Shown one piece after another: positions 50,351 to 59,506 of a stretch of DNA of 64,000 bases (the stretch's first letter is position 1; each line of letters begins with the position of its first letter). The stretch is from the NCBI GenBank assembly GCA_022827625.1, contig JAJEIE010000039.1, forward strand, positions 5,033-69,032, given 5' to 3'. The DNA comes from Candidatus Poribacteria bacterium. GTDB taxonomy: Bacteria > Poribacteria > WGA-4E > WGA-3G. A program made the position numbers and the translations under genes. A model generated the notes under the pieces. That model did no database searches and was not told the DNA's origin. It saw only the letters and a list, made by a program, of their open reading frames with translations.

Positions 50351-50683
50351 CTATATCTTATCGTCCTCAGTTACCGGAGCGTCTTCGCTGAGTTCTCGCA
50401 AAAACTGGAACGTATAGATACCGGTACGGTGTCCATCGTTCCAAACCAATCGAATGGCATAACGACCTACCAACTGAATGTCCACAAGTTGTAAATTTTC
50501 AAAGAAATCACCAGCGGGTAAAATATGAAAAGGGTCTTTACCCGAACGCGTTGCGTCGCATCGCGCACATGGACACTTTTGGCGGAGAAGGCGGTAGGAC
50601 AACTCGCTGTGGTGTGAGTCTTTCCACTGAATCTTTAAACTTGTATTACCTCTTTCAATATGGGTCGGTTGAAATTTCTGCAT
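50351..50683 (-). CDS. DUF971-family protein (gamma-butyrobetaine hydroxylase-like N-terminal domain)
   Basis: 110 aa. Pattern …LKIQWKDSHHSELSYRLLRQKCPCARC…YAIRLVWNDGHRTGIYTFQFL is typical of DUF971. Confidence 0.5.
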   Translation of the reverse strand: MQKFQPTHIERGNTSLKIQWKDSHHSELSYRLLRQKCPCARCDATRSGKDPFHILPAGDFFENLQLVDIQLVGRYAIRLVWNDGHRTGIYTFQFLRELSEDAPVTEDDKI

Positions 50684-50802
50684 AGTACCGCTCAGGTGGG
50701 TTAAGACAAAAAATACGGTTGCCGATCTGCGTTACCTTAAGCAGGCTTACAAATCGGCAACCGTTCGAGGCAGCGCAATCTAAAAGTTGCGTCAACGATC
50801 CG

Positions 50803-51060
50803 TTACTCAAAGTATTCGGCATTAATATCTATGAACTCTTCCCATTCCTCCGGTACATCTTCTTCCATGAAGATCGCTTCGACCGGACATTCAGGTTCGC
50901 AAACACCACAGTCAATGCATTCTTCGGGGTCGATGTAAAGCTGATCAACGTCCTCAAACTCATCAGCATCGGGTAGAGGGTGAATACAGTCCACTGGGCA
51001 GACATCGACGCAGGCACTGTCCTTAACTTCAATACAAGGCTCACAAATCACATAGGTCAT
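50803..51060 (-). CDS. fdxA: 7Fe (3Fe-4S / 4Fe-4S) ferredoxin, FdxA type
   Basis: 85 aa from the ATG at 51060 (MTYVICEPCIEVKDSACVDVCPVDCIHP…ECIDCGVCEPECPVEAIF…); the longer track ORF has a non-ferredoxin N-terminal extension. AAGGAG RBS. Confidence 0.85.
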   Translation of the reverse strand: MTYVICEPCIEVKDSACVDVCPVDCIHPLPDADEFEDVDQLYIDPEECIDCGVCEPECPVEAIFMEEDVPEEWEEFIDINAEYFE

Positions 51061-51439
51061 GCGAGAAAACTCCTTTCCGCTTGATTTACAATAAGGCCTC
51101 CCTATTATACAACAGGGAAACTTCATTTGACAGACGAGGTTAATCCCCATTCGACGAAGGCGTTAGAAAAAACATTATCATGTATGGCGTTTTTTTACAA
51201 GTTTCGCCAGTTTTTAGAATTAGTTTTCGTTTACAAGTTTTGCCAAAATCCACTGTTTATTGCGTTGCGATTAGGATACTATAAATAATACCACGTGCAA
51301 TTCATTTTGTCAAGTTATATTTAAATAATCTGCACATTATCAGATTTTTCTGTATAAGAGATTTCGCATCTTTCGGATATGCCCCTTTACGAACGCTTCT
51401 CGCTAACCGTCAGAAACAGGGTTATTGCGTATAAAAGAC

Positions 51440-51468
51440 TTGACAAACCCGAATTTTTATGATAGTAT
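51440..51468 (+). promoter_or_regulatory. Putative recJ promoter TTGACA-17-TAGTAT
   Basis: Read directly. It lies inside the track's over-extended recJ ORF, supporting the downstream ATG at 51554. Confidence 0.4.
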
Positions 51469-51553
51469 ATCAAGAGTCAAAGACGTATTGTTTGCAATCT
51501 CTCCATGTTGTCGCAAAGTGCAGATTTCCGATTTCAACAACAAACGGAGCATT

Positions 51554-54160
51554 ATGAAAAAACCCTCCCGCAAAGTGTGGCGGTTCCTCAATTCAGATTT
51601 TGATAGTAGTGTGAAATTAGCATCGGAGTTGGGAATTTCTGTATTTACTGCGCGGCTCCTTACCAATCGCGGCATAAAAACCGCTGCCGAAGCGCGGACC
51701 TACCTCTATCCGACTTTTGATGAATTACACGACCCCTTCAAATTTGCCGATATGAATAAAGCCGTTGACCGGATAAACAAAGCAATTGCGCGCGGTGAAA
51801 AAATCTGTATCTACGGTGATTATGACGTTGATGGGACGACCGCAACGTCGCTGCTACTCAATACATTCCGCCAACTTAATGCCCCTGCTGATTACTGCAT
51901 CCCGAATCGGTTTAGAGATGGCTATGGACTGAGTGAATGCACCGTGGCAAAGGTACACGAAGAAACAGGAGCGAAATTGCTCATTACTGTGGACTGTGGT
52001 ATCAACGCCGTTGAGCCGGTCACGTTAGCGAATGAACTCGGTATGGATGTTATTGTCACAGATCACCATCAACCAAAGGGGCAACAACCGCCAGCATACG
52101 CTTTAATTTCAGCGAAAGTGCCGGGGAATCAATACCCTTACACCGAACTCGCAGGTGTCGGGTTAGCCTTCAAATTGGCACAAGGGTTAGTGAACGATAG
52201 ATCATTTCTTGAGTCCCAACTGGATTTGGTTGCATTAGGGACAGTTGTGGATATGGCACCCCTCACTGGGGAGAACCGAATTCTCAGCCGCTTAGGGTTA
52301 GCCAAACTGAACAAGCGCGAACGTCCGGGTATTCACGCCTTATGCGAAGCCGCAGGACACAAACTCGACCAACCGCTTGATGGGTATAGTCTCTCTTTTA
52401 AGTTAGGTCCCCGCATTAATGCTGCAGGGCGAATGGACATCGACAGTAAAGCCGATAAAAAACTCACTACCAAAAATAATCCCGTTGAACTGCTCACTAC
52501 CGATTCCGATGATGTCGCAGCTCGGATCGCCCCAGACCTCAATAAAGTGAATCAGAAACGACAAGAATTAGAGCGGGACATTCAGGATCAGGCGATCGAA
52601 ATTATTGAAAATGAAATAGAGGATGACGCTGTAGGACTTGTTATTGCCTCCGATAAGTGGCCTGAAAAAGCACAAGGGATCGTCGGCATTGTCGCGTCTC
52701 GCCTGCTTCAAACTTACCACAAGCCGACTATTGTGCTTGCGATTGACGGTGATCAAGCGACTGGATCCGGACGTTGTATAGATGGCATGAACCTCGCTGA
52801 TGCGCTCATGGATTGCACGGAATTGCTCGTGAAACATGGTGGACACGCAGCGGCAGCTGGGCTAACGATCAAAACTGAGAATATCCCTCAATTCAGCGCA
52901 GCGTTCAACAAAGTCGCTGCCAATAGCCTCACGCAGGAGGAACTACAACCGAAACTCGACCTTGAGTTTGAAACACACCTGCCGCTTTTGACGTTAGAAA
53001 CACTAAAGGAATTTGAGCAATTTGAACCCTTCGGACAAAGCAATCCCAAGTTCCGTTTTGGCGCACGCCGCCTCAAGATCAGTGATGGGCCTACCCTTAT
53101 GGGACCCGAGAGAAATCATTTGAAGATAACACTAACAGATGGACAGTTGGCACGGAAAACTATCGCATGGCGCGCTGGAGATAGGCGCGTCGACTTCATA
53201 GGTTCCAACCTATCCGTTGATATTGCCTTTTCTCCACAAATCAACGAATGGCAAGGTCGGCGATCCGTCGAGTTCACCCTTGAGGATTGGCAGGTGCGTC
53301 CCACAGGTAGAGGCATGAAATGGGACGTGTTTCCAAAACGCGACGACCCCTCTGCTGCGAAGCTCGTTGACAAGCGGAACGGAAATAAAAAAGAATACCT
53401 TTTAGACTTGCTCGCGACGGAAGAATCCTGTATAATTTATGTACAGGACGAGGAGATGTTGGACCTTCTGCTCATGAAACTTTTACCTGAGAGTATTGAA
53501 GGCATCGCGCGGCACGATGCGACAACTTCGAGGGCTGAAGCGGCTGTGTTATTGAAGCAGCTCCACAATGGCGAACTCCGGGCAATCGCTTCAAGTAGCA
53601 CCTTTTCGCATTATCAAGAGTTTCCATACGTTCCACACTTTGTCTTCTGCCACCTAACACCGAGTTCCGATGCTTTTTTCAAACGTTGTAAACCGGCTTT
53701 CGTTTCTGACAGAACCTCCTATCTGCATCTCATCTATAACGACGCGGATGCAACGCATATACACAATTGGATCGCTCAAAAATATCCGGCAAAAGATGCT
53801 TTACGTCACTTATACATCAACATGCGAAAGGTTATCCAATCCAACGGGGTCGCAGGATATCCCGAAGCAGAAATGTTTAATGGTGAACTCGGTGCAGCAC
53901 TGACTGTTCACACTGGACTTACGATCTTTGAAGAACTGCGGTACATTACACGACCTGGTGAACCGGGGCAACGGCTTGTCAAACTCCTTCCTGCTGAGAA
54001 AAGTGATTTATCCTTTTCTGGTACTTATCTTGAGGGGGAATGGATTAAACAGACATGCCCCGCTTTTATTGAATTTCAACTGAAGGAAAATATTGAATCT
54101 ATGTGGGAGATCATAGAACATGAGTCTCAAGTCACTAATAACCCAGATTCAAGCCTATAA
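51554..54160 (+). CDS. recJ: Single-stranded-DNA-specific exonuclease RecJ with an unusual ~290-aa C-terminal extension
   Basis: DHH motifs (IYGDYDVDGTTAT, VTDHHQ), DHHA1 (…GGHAAAAG…) and an OB-fold region. Sequence after about 53290 (…KWDVFPKRDD… to the end) is not part of canonical RecJ and has no recognisable domain. Confidence 0.85.
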   Translation: MKKPSRKVWRFLNSDFDSSVKLASELGISVFTARLLTNRGIKTAAEARTYLYPTFDELHDPFKFADMNKAVDRINKAIARGEKICIYGDYDVDGTTATSLLLNTFRQLNAPADYCIPNRFRDGYGLSECTVAKVHEETGAKLLITVDCGINAVEPVTLANELGMDVIVTDHHQPKGQQPPAYALISAKVPGNQYPYTELAGVGLAFKLAQGLVNDRSFLESQLDLVALGTVVDMAPLTGENRILSRLGLAKLNKRERPGIHALCEAAGHKLDQPLDGYSLSFKLGPRINAAGRMDIDSKADKKLTTKNNPVELLTTDSDDVAARIAPDLNKVNQKRQELERDIQDQAIEIIENEIEDDAVGLVIASDKWPEKAQGIVGIVASRLLQTYHKPTIVLAIDGDQATGSGRCIDGMNLADALMDCTELLVKHGGHAAAAGLTIKTENIPQFSAAFNKVAANSLTQEELQPKLDLEFETHLPLLTLETLKEFEQFEPFGQSNPKFRFGARRLKISDGPTLMGPERNHLKITLTDGQLARKTIAWRAGDRRVDFIGSNLSVDIAFSPQINEWQGRRSVEFTLEDWQVRPTGRGMKWDVFPKRDDPSAAKLVDKRNGNKKEYLLDLLATEESCIIYVQDEEMLDLLLMKLLPESIEGIARHDATTSRAEAAVLLKQLHNGELRAIASSSTFSHYQEFPYVPHFVFCHLTPSSDAFFKRCKPAFVSDRTSYLHLIYNDADATHIHNWIAQKYPAKDALRHLYINMRKVIQSNGVAGYPEAEMFNGELGAALTVHTGLTIFEELRYITRPGEPGQRLVKLLPAEKSDLSFSGTYLEGEWIKQTCPAFIEFQLKENIESMWEIIEHESQVTNNPDSSL

Positions 54161-56324
54161 TCCGGATGCAGAAGTTGAACTGCTGGCGCGATGCTACCGC
54201 TTCGCACAAGATGCCCATAAAGGACAACGTCGGAAATCCGGTGAACCCTACTTTACGCATTGTGTCAAAACTGCTGAAATTCTCGCCGAACTCCGGCTTG
54301 ATACACACACAATCTGTGCAGGCCTCATGCACGATGTCCTTGAAGATACCGGTATCGTGCGTCAAGAGATGCAGGTACGGTTTGGTGCGAATATCGCGAA
54401 TCTTGTTGAAGGTGTCACAAAGATCGGTCAATATCAACTCAATGTCTCTCTGCTGCCTGCGCCTGTTGCCACAACCACAGTTGAGGACCGCGTTCATCGA
54501 CAGCGCCAAGCAGAAACCTACCGCAAACTCCTTTTAGCAACAGCGGAAGACATGCGGGTCATCCTCATCAAACTCGCAGATCGACTCCATAACATGGAGA
54601 CGTTGAAATTCCTTTCCAGCGAGAAATGCCAACGGATCGCAAAAGAGACGTTGGAAATTTACGCACCGATCGCACACCGATTGGGGATATGGCGTATCAT
54701 GAGCCGTCTTGAGGATTTGGCGTTTAAACATCTCTACCCGGGTGAATACCGAAAAATTGCCGAACTCCTGAATCAGAAACTGGACGAGCGAGAAGCATAT
54801 TGTGAGAAAATGGTTAAGCAGATTCGTCAGGAACTGGAGAAACGCAGCATTTTCGCTGATGTCCACGGACGGACAAAACACATCTACAGCATCTACCAGA
54901 AAATACAACAGAAAGGGACACCTTTCAGCGAAATCCGAGACCTCGTCGGTCTCCGAATTCTCGTCAGAACCGATGCTGACTGCTATGCTGCACTCGGCGC
55001 GCTCCATTACAAATGGAGTTATCATCCAGAACGGCTTCGCGATTGGATCGGACAACCGAAGAAAAACGGCTATCAGTCCATCCATACCACGATTCTTGAT
55101 GACGGTAAACCGGTAGAGATACAGATTCGCACGTACCAGATGCATAAGGTGGCTGAAGACGGTATCGCTGCGCATTGGAGTTATAAGGAAGGGGTACCTA
55201 CCAGCGAACAGGGGCGTTCCATTTTCGCCAGTTATAAGCAGATACTCGAAGACATACAGGAAATCCAAGACAATCCACACCAGTTCGTGGAGTCAATGAA
55301 ACTTGAACTTTTTCAAGATGATGTATATGTCTTTTCTCCCAAGGGTGATCTGTTTAAACTCCCTGCAGGTGCGACCGTCATTGATTTTGCCTATAAAATT
55401 CATACGGATGTCGGGCATACATGTGTAGGGGCAGAAGTGAACGGACGGGTTGCACCGATTCGACGGACGCTTGAAAATGGAGACCAAGTTAAGATTCGGA
55501 CGCAACCGAATGGCAAACCGAGTCGGAGCTGGTTACCTTACGTCAAGACCGCTACGGCGCGCGGTAAAATCAGACACTGGTTACGGGAAAAGGACAGGGC
55601 TGACGCTCTGGAGTTAGGTAAAAAGTTTCTCGACGCTGAACTGCGTGCTGCCTCTCTTACCCCGCGTGAGTATCTCAATTCCCCCAAACTCTTGGATATC
55701 GCGAAGCAGCTCAAACTCAAGAACCTTGATGAACTTTTCGTCCGGATTGGCAACGGGTATGAATCGGCTACCCAAGTCGTTAATTTGCTAAAACCTGAGA
55801 CTCCCAAACCTGAAACCGCAGAAGAGACAACCCCAACGCGAAAAACCGCATCTGCCCCAGCCATACAACTCGAAAATGACATTGATTTGGGCATGATGCG
55901 GATTATGAAGTGCTGTAATCCCATACCGGGCGATCAGGTCGTCGGCTACCTGACTCGCGGGCGCGGCGTTTCTGTCCATAGAGCAGGCTGTATCCGGGTA
56001 CTTGATGAACCCGAACGCCTTTTATCTGTGACTTGGTTCGAAAAATCTTTCGCCGAAAATGGAAACCATCCGCCTGACATCTATCCCGTAAAAATCTTTG
56101 TGGAGTGCAGTGATCGTCCCGGCATGCTCGGTGAAATCACGACTGCTATCGCAAAGTACAAGGTAAACATCCGATCTGGGAATTTCCAACCCTCCATAGA
56201 ACGTCTTGAGGCAACAGCATCCGACTATTTCACAATCGACGTTACGGGAGCCGGGCAACTCGAAGAAGTCATGCAAGCGATTCGTCGTTTAAAAGGCGTA
56301 CAGCGCGTCACCCGTAAAGTCTAA
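54120..56324 (+). CDS. Bifunctional (p)ppGpp synthetase/hydrolase RelA/SpoT family
   Basis: 734 aa. HD hydrolase domain (HCVKTAEILAE…GLMHDVLEDT), synthetase domain (…RTKHIYSIYQKIQQKG…DLVGLRILV…), TGS (…YVFSPKGDLFKLPAGATVIDFAYKIHTDVG…) and a C-terminal ACT. The annotated start overlaps the recJ 3' end by 41 nt. Confidence 0.9.
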   Translation: MSLKSLITQIQAYNPDAEVELLARCYRFAQDAHKGQRRKSGEPYFTHCVKTAEILAELRLDTHTICAGLMHDVLEDTGIVRQEMQVRFGANIANLVEGVTKIGQYQLNVSLLPAPVATTTVEDRVHRQRQAETYRKLLLATAEDMRVILIKLADRLHNMETLKFLSSEKCQRIAKETLEIYAPIAHRLGIWRIMSRLEDLAFKHLYPGEYRKIAELLNQKLDEREAYCEKMVKQIRQELEKRSIFADVHGRTKHIYSIYQKIQQKGTPFSEIRDLVGLRILVRTDADCYAALGALHYKWSYHPERLRDWIGQPKKNGYQSIHTTILDDGKPVEIQIRTYQMHKVAEDGIAAHWSYKEGVPTSEQGRSIFASYKQILEDIQEIQDNPHQFVESMKLELFQDDVYVFSPKGDLFKLPAGATVIDFAYKIHTDVGHTCVGAEVNGRVAPIRRTLENGDQVKIRTQPNGKPSRSWLPYVKTATARGKIRHWLREKDRADALELGKKFLDAELRAASLTPREYLNSPKLLDIAKQLKLKNLDELFVRIGNGYESATQVVNLLKPETPKPETAEETTPTRKTASAPAIQLENDIDLGMMRIMKCCNPIPGDQVVGYLTRGRGVSVHRAGCIRVLDEPERLLSVTWFEKSFAENGNHPPDIYPVKIFVECSDRPGMLGEITTAIAKYKVNIRSGNFQPSIERLEATASDYFTIDVTGAGQLEEVMQAIRRLKGVQRVTRKV

Positions 56325-56373
56325 TCTCACTTCGTGGGGTGAGCCTGGTCTTCAACCGAGACGTACTTCCCTA

Positions 56374-56583
56374 TTAAGCCGCTGGCATTTTGGATATAAC
56401 TTTGGTAATTTTTCCGCTCCGTATACATTTGGTACAGACACGGATTCGCTTCGTCCCTTCCTCGGTTTGAACTCGAACCCGTTGTAGATTCGGCATCCAA
56501 CGTCTTTTTGTGTGTCGAATGGATTTACTAATCTGATTGCCTGTTAGGGGACGCTTACCGCAGACCGTACAGATACGTGACAT
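56374..56583 (-). CDS. rpmB: 50S ribosomal protein L28
   Basis: 69 aa, MSRICTVCGKRPLTGNQISKSIRHTKRRWMPNLQ…. Confidence 0.9.
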   Translation of the reverse strand: MSRICTVCGKRPLTGNQISKSIRHTKRRWMPNLQRVRVQTEEGTKRIRVCTKCIRSGKITKVISKMPAA

Positions 56584-56855
56584 GTATCATGCTCCTCTCT
56601 TCTTTTTCACTAAATCCCTTTTCTAAACCTAAATGTTAATAATACCACAATTAGAGACAAAATGCAAATTTCTTTATCACCGTCTCGGGGTCATTTATTT
56701 CTCTCGCTGCTGCGTGCCGACCGCCCAAAATAGATGTGACTTTTTTTAGAGAATCTGATATACTACTATTATATCCCTAAGGCTGACATACCGGTTTCTT
56801 CAAATAGAGTAGAAACAATTTGCGTTTCCTTAAACATTTAGCAGTAAAACAAAAC

Positions 56856-58145
56856 ATGAAAGTCGCTTATATTACCGCAGGGGCTGCCGGAATGTACTGC
56901 GGAACTTGCATACACGACAACACTATCGCCACAGTTCTTAAGAAACAAGGGCATAACGTCGCGCTTATACCTACCTATACCCCTACCCGAACAGATGAGA
57001 CGAATGTGAGTTTAGACAGAGTTTTTTTTGGGGGTGTTAACGTCTATCTCCAACAGAAGCTTTCGATTTTCAGACATACGCCGTGGGCATTTGACAGACT
57101 GCTGGACAGTCCAACCCTATTGAACGGATTGGCGAGGTTTAGCAGCTCAACCGATGCGCGAGACCTCGGGCAGTTGACTGTATCTATGCTCCGGGCTGAA
57201 CAAGGACATCAAAAGAAGGAATTGGCGAAATTGGTCAAATGGCTTGCTGAGGAGAATAGACCCGATATCGTCTATCTCACTAATTCCATGTTGGTTGGCT
57301 TCACCAGAGAAATTAAAAAGGCGTTAGATGTCCCGGTTATCTGTGCCCTCCAAGGCGAAGACATCTTCCTGCAAGATCTCATTGAACCCTATAAAACGGA
57401 AGTGTTGGATCTACTCCGAGAGCGCGCTGCTGAAGCGGACGGATTTATCGCACCTTGTCAATACTATGCACAATTTATGGCGGATGCGTATCTTAAATTA
57501 TCCGTTGATAAGATTGACGTGGTCCCACTCGGATTAAACATAGATGGACACGGCATCCCTGTCGAGAAACCTGAACCGCCACCTTTTATTATCGGCTATT
57601 TGGCTCGCATTTGCCCTGAAAAAGGATTACATATCTTGGTCGATGCGTTCCGTAGAGTCGTTGAGGCGTTCGGTGCTGATAACGTTCAACTTCATGTCGC
57701 TGGATACCTTGGGAAGAAAGATGAACCCTATCTTGAAGAACTCGTGAAACAGATTCAGACTTGGGGGTTGTCCGACAGTTTTGTACATTATGGCGAGGTG
57801 ACACGGCGTCAGAAGATTGATTTTCTCAACCGCCTTCATGTCTTTTCAGTCCCCACTGTTTACCGTGAATCGAAGGGCTTGTCCATTATAGAAGCACTCG
57901 CCAATGGAGTCCCTGTGGTCCAACCTCGACACGGTGCGTTTCCTGAAATGGTTCAGGCAACCGAAGGTGGTCTTCTCGTCGAACCTGAATCCGCTGAATC
58001 GGTGGCACTCGGCATTATGGAACTCCTCAACGATGCCGATCGGCGTGCGCATCTCGGAAAAACTGGAAAAATGAATGTGCATCAGAAGTTTAACGATGAA
58101 GTCATCGCAGAACAACTTTTGCAGGTGTTTCGGAACTATCTCTAA
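56856..58145 (+). CDS. Glycosyltransferase, GT4 (group 1) family
   Basis: About 429 aa from the ATG at 56856 (MKVAYIT…). GT-B fold with C-terminal motif …ESKGLSIIEALANGVPVV…. The track ORF begins at an upstream TTG. Confidence 0.7.
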   Translation: MKVAYITAGAAGMYCGTCIHDNTIATVLKKQGHNVALIPTYTPTRTDETNVSLDRVFFGGVNVYLQQKLSIFRHTPWAFDRLLDSPTLLNGLARFSSSTDARDLGQLTVSMLRAEQGHQKKELAKLVKWLAEENRPDIVYLTNSMLVGFTREIKKALDVPVICALQGEDIFLQDLIEPYKTEVLDLLRERAAEADGFIAPCQYYAQFMADAYLKLSVDKIDVVPLGLNIDGHGIPVEKPEPPPFIIGYLARICPEKGLHILVDAFRRVVEAFGADNVQLHVAGYLGKKDEPYLEELVKQIQTWGLSDSFVHYGEVTRRQKIDFLNRLHVFSVPTVYRESKGLSIIEALANGVPVVQPRHGAFPEMVQATEGGLLVEPESAESVALGIMELLNDADRRAHLGKTGKMNVHQKFNDEVIAEQLLQVFRNYL

Positions 58146-58205
58146 TGCTTTAACAACGGGCGCGCTTTGAAAACGGACGTGCCAAAAATCGAAAAGGAAC
58201 GAATT

Positions 58206-58676
58206 ATGGCTAAAACATGGCTCATTTTTGTTTTCATGACCGTCTCCTCATGGGGACTTTACGGTGTCTTTTTACATCAGGGACAGGTTTCGATGGCAGA
58301 TGCCGTGCATGGACGTTACAAAGCGTTTCTGTTTGTCGGTCTTGCCTACTTACTTGCAGCAGTCATCGGTTCGGCATTGATGCTTATCGGGTCTGACTGG
58401 CAATTTACGGGTAAAGGTGTTACGTGGTCCTTTGTAGCAGGACTTGTCGGTGCCATTGGCGCGTTTGGGGTCTTACTCGCTTTTGGTGCAGGGGGTAGAC
58501 CTGCCGTGGTGATGTCGATTGTTTTCGCAGGGGCTCCCATTGTAAACGCTATCGTCGCGACCCTATCACACCCACCTGCGGGTGGATGGAGTGCTGTCCG
58601 ATGGCAATTCGTCGCAGGTATCTTGCTTGCTGCACTCGGCGGATGTTTGGTTATGCTCTATAGACCTACTTCATAG
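58206..58676 (+). CDS. Hypothetical integral membrane protein (4-5 TM)
   Basis: About 156 aa from the ATG at 58206, with an AAGGA RBS. Hydrophobic helices dominate. No family recognised. Confidence 0.5.
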   Translation: MAKTWLIFVFMTVSSWGLYGVFLHQGQVSMADAVHGRYKAFLFVGLAYLLAAVIGSALMLIGSDWQFTGKGVTWSFVAGLVGAIGAFGVLLAFGAGGRPAVVMSIVFAGAPIVNAIVATLSHPPAGGWSAVRWQFVAGILLAALGGCLVMLYRPTS

Positions 58677-58844
58677 CACATCTTCTCACAAAAGCCGCTG
58701 GGTCTGTGACATTGCTCAGTCGAAGGGCAGCGGCTATCTCGCTTCACCTTCCTTCCGTGTATCGGCGCACTTTCAAAACAAAACGCACTTTTTACTATCC
58801 TTTTCAGACTGTCGGTCTCTAATAAGCAAGAAGGGAGCGTTTTC

Positions 58845-59459
58845 ATGTCTGTAGGTGAAGTTTGCAAGCCGATATTACAAAGTCAAGAAGCAGCTGAAGT
58901 AAGCGATGCAGCGTTAGTTGTCTCGGCACTTGCAGGAAATACAGCAGCGTTTGATGTATTGGTGAACCGCTATCGACGCGCGATGTTGACGGTCGCACAG
59001 CAGATTGTCCGAAATCCTGCCGATGCAGAAGATGTCGTGCAGGACGCGTTTTTGCGTTCTTTTGAAGCACTCCCACAACTCACTGATCTGAACCGGTTTG
59101 GTGCGTGGCTTCACTCGATTACTCGAAATCGCGCCCTACGTTATTATAAAAATGCGAGTCGCTATCAGCCAGAAGAAGATATGGAACTCCACTTAAATAG
59201 AGTTTCAGATACATCACAATCGGATCCGGCACGCATTGTGGAGCGGGAACTAACGCAAGAGGCTATTAGAGATGCTATACAAGGTCTCCCTAACGATTAT
59301 CAAGAAGTTATTCAACTCTACTATTGGGCAGAGATGTCGCAAAAACGGATCGCTGAATTCTTGTCTATTCCGCTGACGACTGTCAAATGGCGGCTACACA
59401 AAGCAAAGGATCTCCTTAAAACAATCTTGGAAAAACGTGGGTACGGAACGGATATATGA
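58845..59459 (+). CDS. RNA polymerase sigma factor, ECF (sigma-70 group 4) family
   Basis: 204 aa. Region 2 (…YRRAMLTVAQQIV…DAEDVVQDAFLRSFEAL…) and region 4 HTH (…SQKRIAEFLSIPLTTVKWRLHKAKDLL). Confidence 0.85.
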   Translation: MSVGEVCKPILQSQEAAEVSDAALVVSALAGNTAAFDVLVNRYRRAMLTVAQQIVRNPADAEDVVQDAFLRSFEALPQLTDLNRFGAWLHSITRNRALRYYKNASRYQPEEDMELHLNRVSDTSQSDPARIVERELTQEAIRDAIQGLPNDYQEVIQLYYWAEMSQKRIAEFLSIPLTTVKWRLHKAKDLLKTILEKRGYGTDI

Positions 59460-59506
59460 GCGAGTTGTTAGTTGTCAGTTTTTGGTACACAGAGAGGTAA
59501 AAAAAT

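Noticed and set aside
50803-51150. 115-aa version of the ferredoxin ORF
   Set aside because: The extension (MGINLVCQMKFPCCIIGRPYCKSSGKEFSR) precedes an internal ATG with an AAGGAG RBS that yields a canonical 85-aa FdxA-type ferredoxin.
51425-51553. N-terminal 43 codons of the track's recJ ORF
   Set aside because: This stretch contains the recJ promoter (TTGACA-17-TAGTAT), and its translation (MRIKDLTNPNFYDSISRVKD…) is not RecJ-like. The start was moved to the ATG at 51554.
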